Assembly (NCBI GenBank): GCA_041687695.1
Contig: JAWLBL010000016.1
Span: 72,722 to 136,721, forward strand
DNA: 64,000 nucleotides
Source of the DNA: Myxococcota bacterium
GTDB lineage: Bacteria > Myxococcota_A > UBA9042 > PHBI01 > JAWLBL01
Direction of reading: 5' to 3'
Positions 60,121-64,000 of the stretch are shown piece by piece. Position 1 is the first letter of the stretch. Each line of letters opens with the position of its first letter. The notes beneath the pieces are model-generated. The model made no database searches, was not told the DNA's origin, and was given only the letters and a program-made list of their open reading frames with translations. A program made the translations under genes and the position numbers.

Positions 60121-60803
60121 ACCGAGTCCTCGGGAGGGTCGAAGCGATAGCCGATGCCCCAGACCGTGGCGATGCGAGCCGCGCCCACCGGGCCGAGCTT
60201 TCGTCGCACCCGGGCGACGTGGCTGTCCACCGTGCGCACGTCGCGATCGCCCTCGATGGGCAGGGCGGCGTCGGCGAGTTGGAGGCGCGCGAGGGCGCGC
60301 GACGGGCGCTCGACGAGGTAGGCCAGCAGGTCGAACTCGTGGCGCGTGAAGGCCACCGGCTGACCCGCCACGCAGACCGTGCGGGCGTCGAGATCGACCT
60401 CGACGTCGTCGAAGCCGATGACCCGCCGCGGGGCGCTGTCGCGCAGTCGGAGCCGCGCGCGGATGCGCGCGACCAGCTCCTCCATCCAAAAAGGTTTGGC
60501 CAGGAAGTCCTCGGCGCCCAGGTCCAAGCAGCGCAGCCGGTCGTCGAGCGCTGCGCGGGCCGTGAGGACGACGACGGGGACGCTGCTGTGGGCCCGGATG
60601 CGTTCGAGGACGGTGAAGCCGCTGTCGCCGGGGAGCATCAGATCGAGCACGACCAGATCGGGCGCCGCGGCGAGCACGCGGCGGGCGCCCTCGTGGCCCT
60701 CGACGGCCAACTCGACCGCGAACCCGGCGGCGCGGAGCCCCCGAACGAGGCCGGCGGCGATGGCGGCGTCGTCCTCGACGACGAAGATGCGCGGCGCGGT
60801 CAC
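60117..60803 (-). CDS. OmpR-family response regulator
   Basis: IFVVEDD, LDLMLP, LTAR, KPF, RTVDSHV..RRKL, TVWGIGY. Confidence 0.93.
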   Translation of the reverse strand: MTAPRIFVVEDDAAIAAGLVRGLRAAGFAVELAVEGHEGARRVLAAAPDLVVLDLMLPGDSGFTVLERIRAHSSVPVVVLTARAALDDRLRCLDLGAEDFLAKPFWMEELVARIRARLRLRDSAPRRVIGFDDVEVDLDARTVCVAGQPVAFTRHEFDLLAYLVERPSRALARLQLADAALPIEGDRDVRTVDSHVARVRRKLGPVGAARIATVWGIGYRFDPPEDSV

Positions 60804-61199
60804 GGGCGGGCCTCTCTCGAGCGATGGGTCCGTCGGGCCGACGACTCCGGCGGCCGACGCGGCATGATGGGCGGAACGCGCCGCGGAAGGCGAGTCCGGT
60901 CGGACGCGGCACCGGGTGGCGCGGTCGTGGCGACGCTCGGGCGCGGGCTCGGCCGTCCAGCCCCGCCCGGCCCGAGCGTCCCCTCTTCCCCCAGACCGCG
61001 GGGTGAGCCCCCCCGACTCCCCCCGGATCAGGGTCAAGATAGCCGGCGATTGTTGAGAAAGCGTGAAGGCCTGGGACGCCGCCGCCAGCGCCCTGCACGG
61101 CGGCGTCGGGCCAGGGTCGCCTCGGCGGTCGGGCGGCGGTTGCTCGCGCGCCCGCTTCGGTTAGGATCGGGCGCCTGGGACCATCCCGAGGAGGCTGAG

Positions 61200-63653
61200 A
61201 TGCCCGCTGCCATCGACTGCGCCCACTGCGGCCACGCCAACCCGGCCGGGGTGCGCTTCTGCGCGGCCTGCGGCGCCAGCGCCGCGGCGCAGGTGCACTG
61301 CCCGACCTGCAACCAGCTCAACCCGCTGGGTGACCGGTTCTGCACGGGCTGTGGCGCGCCGCTCGGCGAGGCCTCCTGGGCCAGGGAGCCGGCGGACGGG
61401 GCGGTGGTCGATGGCGTGTGGGAGCGCGGCCCCGAGGAGTTCATCCGCCGGGTCGAGCCCGAGGACACCCGCACCTTCCTGGGCAGCCGCGTGGTGCGCG
61501 TGCCGCCCGGGACGGTGGGCGTCGTGGTCGTGGACGGGGTCGTCGAGCGCGTCCTGCCCCCGGGCGAGCGCACGACCCAGACGCTCTTCGAGCGCGTCGC
61601 CGGCTTCTTCACCCGCCGCGACGACCGCACGGCCTTCTTCCTGGTCGACCTGCGGCCCATCCCGGTGCCGTTCGTCGTGACCACCCGGCCGAGCGCGGCG
61701 GGGCGGGTCGTGCAGACGCAGGTCCTGGTCTCGTGCGCCTTGCGGCGTGGCGACAAGGAGGCGCTCGGGAGCTTCATCGCGAACGTGCTGGGGGATCGGC
61801 CGTCGTTCGGCGCGCGCGATCTGCACGACCTCTTGCGGCCCGAAGTGGTCCGAGTCACGCAGCTCGCGCTCGAGCGCCTGGCCGGGCAGGGCGAGCTCGC
61901 CTACGCCGAGGTCGAGGCCGAGCTGAGGCGCCTCCTGGGCGAGGCGCTGGGGCCGCGCTACGGGATGGGGCTGGACGTCACGGTCGCGCCGCTGACCACC
62001 ACGGCCAGCCTGAGCTTCCTCCTGGGCGCCGGGCAGGCGCCGCGGGTGCGGCCCTGCGTGGCGTGTGGCCACGAGCTGCCCGCCGCGATGCGCTTTTGCG
62101 ACGCGTGCGGCGAGCGGCAGCCGACGGTCCTCAGCCCCGACCGGACCTGCGGGGGCTGCGGCGCCCAGGTGGCCGAGGCCGACCGCTTCTGCCAGGGCTG
62201 CGGGGCCGAGTGGGCCGCGCCGCCAGCGACGGCCGCGCCGCTGTTCACCCGGGACGGGCAGCAGGTCGAGCTGGACCTGGTCGTGCGCGTGCAAGGCCAG
62301 CACCAGGACTTCGCGCCCGAGCACATCGCGCCGGCGCTGGTCGCGGCGGCCGCGGCGCACCTGCGGGGCGTCGACTTCGCGGGGCTGGCGTCGGGGGACG
62401 GGTTCAGCGCCATGGAGGGCGCGGTGAAGGACGGCATCGCGCAGGCGCTGAGCAGCTACGGGCTGCTGCTGGTGTCGCTGAGCGTCCTGGACGTGCGGTC
62501 GAAGGGCGGGCAGTGGCTGCTGGCCGCGCGGGCGGATCTCGAGCGGGCGCGGCAGGATCTGACGCTGGGTCGGCAGTGGCTGACGCAGCGGGCCGACGAG
62601 CTGGATCTGGCCGAGCTGACGATGGCGCAGCGGCTGGACCAGCAGCGGCGCGAGCGGGCGGGGCGGCTGCAGGAGGTCGCGCTGGAGCTGGCGGCCGGGC
62701 GGCGCGAGGCGGCGCTGCGCGCGGACGACGCCTTCGCGCGCGACGAGCAGGCGCTGGCGGACCGGCGGCGGCGCGAGGGGCTGTCGGGCGGCCAGGCCGA
62801 GCTGGACGTGGCGGGGGCGCGGCGCGAGGCCGAGCGGGCCGTCGGGGTCGCCACGGCGCAGCGCGAGGTCGAGCGCGACGAGCGCGAGGCGCGCCACGCC
62901 CGCGAGGAGGCCGAGGCGGCGCACCAGACGGCGCGCGAGCAGGCCGCCTTCGCGCACGAGGCCGAGCTGACGCGCGGGGCGATGGATCTGGACGGCGAGC
63001 GGCGGCGTCAGGCGACCGCGCTCGAGACCGAGGCGGACCGGGCGCGCCGCGACGCCGCCTACGACGACCACGAGCGGCGGGCGCGGCTGGAGGAGGCGCT
63101 GAAGGCGAGCGAGGAGCAGCGCCAGGCCGACAAGCTGCGGCTGATGGCCGAGCTGGACCGGGCGATGGCCGCGCAGGACCACGCGCACGCCGAGCGGATG
63201 CGCGAGCAGCTGCGGGGGCTCGACGCGCGCGCGATGATCGCGATGCAGGCGACGGAGCTGTCGCGGGCCGAGGGCGGCGGCGCGGCGTGGGCGCAGGCGC
63301 TGTCGTCGGCCGAGCGGGTCGACGACGCCGAGCGCCACGGGACCGAGGTGCGCGAGCTGATGGAGCGGCAGGCGGCGCAGATGCAGAGCATGATGACCGA
63401 CCAGCTGGGCCGCATGCAGGCGATGAGCGAGCGCATGATCGACGCCGCCACGACCCGCGGAGGCAACGCGGCGGCGGCCGAGGTCTACGAGCGGTCGATG
63501 GACGCCATGTCGCGCGTCGCGGCGTCGCGCGCGGCGCCCGCGCCGGTGGCTCCCGCGGTCATGGCCACGGCCGCGACGACGCCTTGCGCCAGCTGCGGCG
63601 CCGAGCTGCGCGCGGAAGCCCGCTTCTGCGGGGTCTGCGGCGGGGCGCAGTGA
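61200..63653 (+). CDS. SPFH/band-7-like protein with five CxxC..CxxC zinc ribbons and a long coiled coil, 817 aa
   Basis: GAGGAGG RBS; 10 CxxC motifs; VRVPPGTVGVVVVDG..LPPG SPFH-like start; A/E/R-rich helical tail. Confidence 0.75.
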   Translation: MPAAIDCAHCGHANPAGVRFCAACGASAAAQVHCPTCNQLNPLGDRFCTGCGAPLGEASWAREPADGAVVDGVWERGPEEFIRRVEPEDTRTFLGSRVVRVPPGTVGVVVVDGVVERVLPPGERTTQTLFERVAGFFTRRDDRTAFFLVDLRPIPVPFVVTTRPSAAGRVVQTQVLVSCALRRGDKEALGSFIANVLGDRPSFGARDLHDLLRPEVVRVTQLALERLAGQGELAYAEVEAELRRLLGEALGPRYGMGLDVTVAPLTTTASLSFLLGAGQAPRVRPCVACGHELPAAMRFCDACGERQPTVLSPDRTCGGCGAQVAEADRFCQGCGAEWAAPPATAAPLFTRDGQQVELDLVVRVQGQHQDFAPEHIAPALVAAAAAHLRGVDFAGLASGDGFSAMEGAVKDGIAQALSSYGLLLVSLSVLDVRSKGGQWLLAARADLERARQDLTLGRQWLTQRADELDLAELTMAQRLDQQRRERAGRLQEVALELAAGRREAALRADDAFARDEQALADRRRREGLSGGQAELDVAGARREAERAVGVATAQREVERDEREARHAREEAEAAHQTAREQAAFAHEAELTRGAMDLDGERRRQATALETEADRARRDAAYDDHERRARLEEALKASEEQRQADKLRLMAELDRAMAAQDHAHAERMREQLRGLDARAMIAMQATELSRAEGGGAAWAQALSSAERVDDAERHGTEVRELMERQAAQMQSMMTDQLGRMQAMSERMIDAATTRGGNAAAAEVYERSMDAMSRVAASRAAPAPVAPAVMATAATTPCASCGAELRAEARFCGVCGGAQ

Positions 63654-63928
63654 GCGGCGAGGGGCTCGAGCCGGGCGCGTCCGGCGACCCGGTCGAGCTC
63701 GAGGGCACGGTCGCGCTGGCGCCGGTCCTCGCGGGCAGCCGCTCCGAGCGCGAGGCCGTGGTGCTGCGCGCCGACGACGGCCGCGTCCATCGCCTGCACC
63801 TCGAGGGCGACCAGCCCTTCGAGCAGCCGGGTCTGCGCGCCCTGCTCGGGCGACGCGTCCGCGTGCGCGGCCGGTGGCGCAACCGCGTCCTGCGCGTCTC
63901 GCCGGCCGACCTCCAGGCCCTGCCGTGA
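63650..63928 (+). CDS. Small hypothetical protein (OB-fold-like), 92 aa
   Basis: GTGA overlaps on both sides; LEGTV..GSRSER.AVVL..GRRVRVRG. Confidence 0.65.
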   Translation: MSGEGLEPGASGDPVELEGTVALAPVLAGSRSEREAVVLRADDGRVHRLHLEGDQPFEQPGLRALLGRRVRVRGRWRNRVLRVSPADLQALP

Positions 63929-64000
63929 GCGCCTGCGCCGCCTGCGGGGCCGCGCCGAGGCCCGGCGCCCGCTTCTGCGGCCAGTGCGGCGCCGCCACGG
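63925..64000 (+). CDS. Zinc-ribbon protein (5' partial, runs off window)
   Basis: GTG 63925 starts SACAACGAAPRPGARFCGQCGAAT. Confidence 0.65.
   Translation, partial: MSACAACGAAPRPGARFCGQCGAAT

Overview
Very GC-rich, gene-dense bacterial chromosomal window, most likely Myxococcota: it has a MYXO-CTERM-type tail on a matrixin and several Cys-rich lipoproteins. About 55 CDS can be supported, covering housekeeping and stress genes (map, sfsA, hemJ, double-length uvrA, RlmD-like methyltransferase, AlaX, glutaredoxin, SulP/beta-carbonic anhydrase/NhaR-like), regulators and secreted Cys-rich proteins. I saw no rRNA, tRNA, cas, integrase or transposase. Highlights: (1) a hidden AhpD/CMD-family selenoprotein split by the ORF caller at an in-frame TGA in a CxxU motif, followed by a SECIS-like hairpin (4631-5212); (2) an operon of a Zn-ribbon pseudokinase, a vWA protein with an inserted YfaP-like domain and an O-methyltransferase, facing away from an SPFH/five-Zn-ribbon/coiled-coil operon (50.7-64 kb); (3) a ~10-unit 42-44 bp hairpin repeat array and a perfect 16-bp operator palindrome upstream of a VapBC module; (4) a degenerate copy of the carbonic anhydrase RBS and 5' end lying 3.6 kb from the gene; (5) candidate structured RNAs; (6) tandem stand-alone RnfD/UnbU-like paralogs. 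All product calls come from motif recognition by eye, not database searches.
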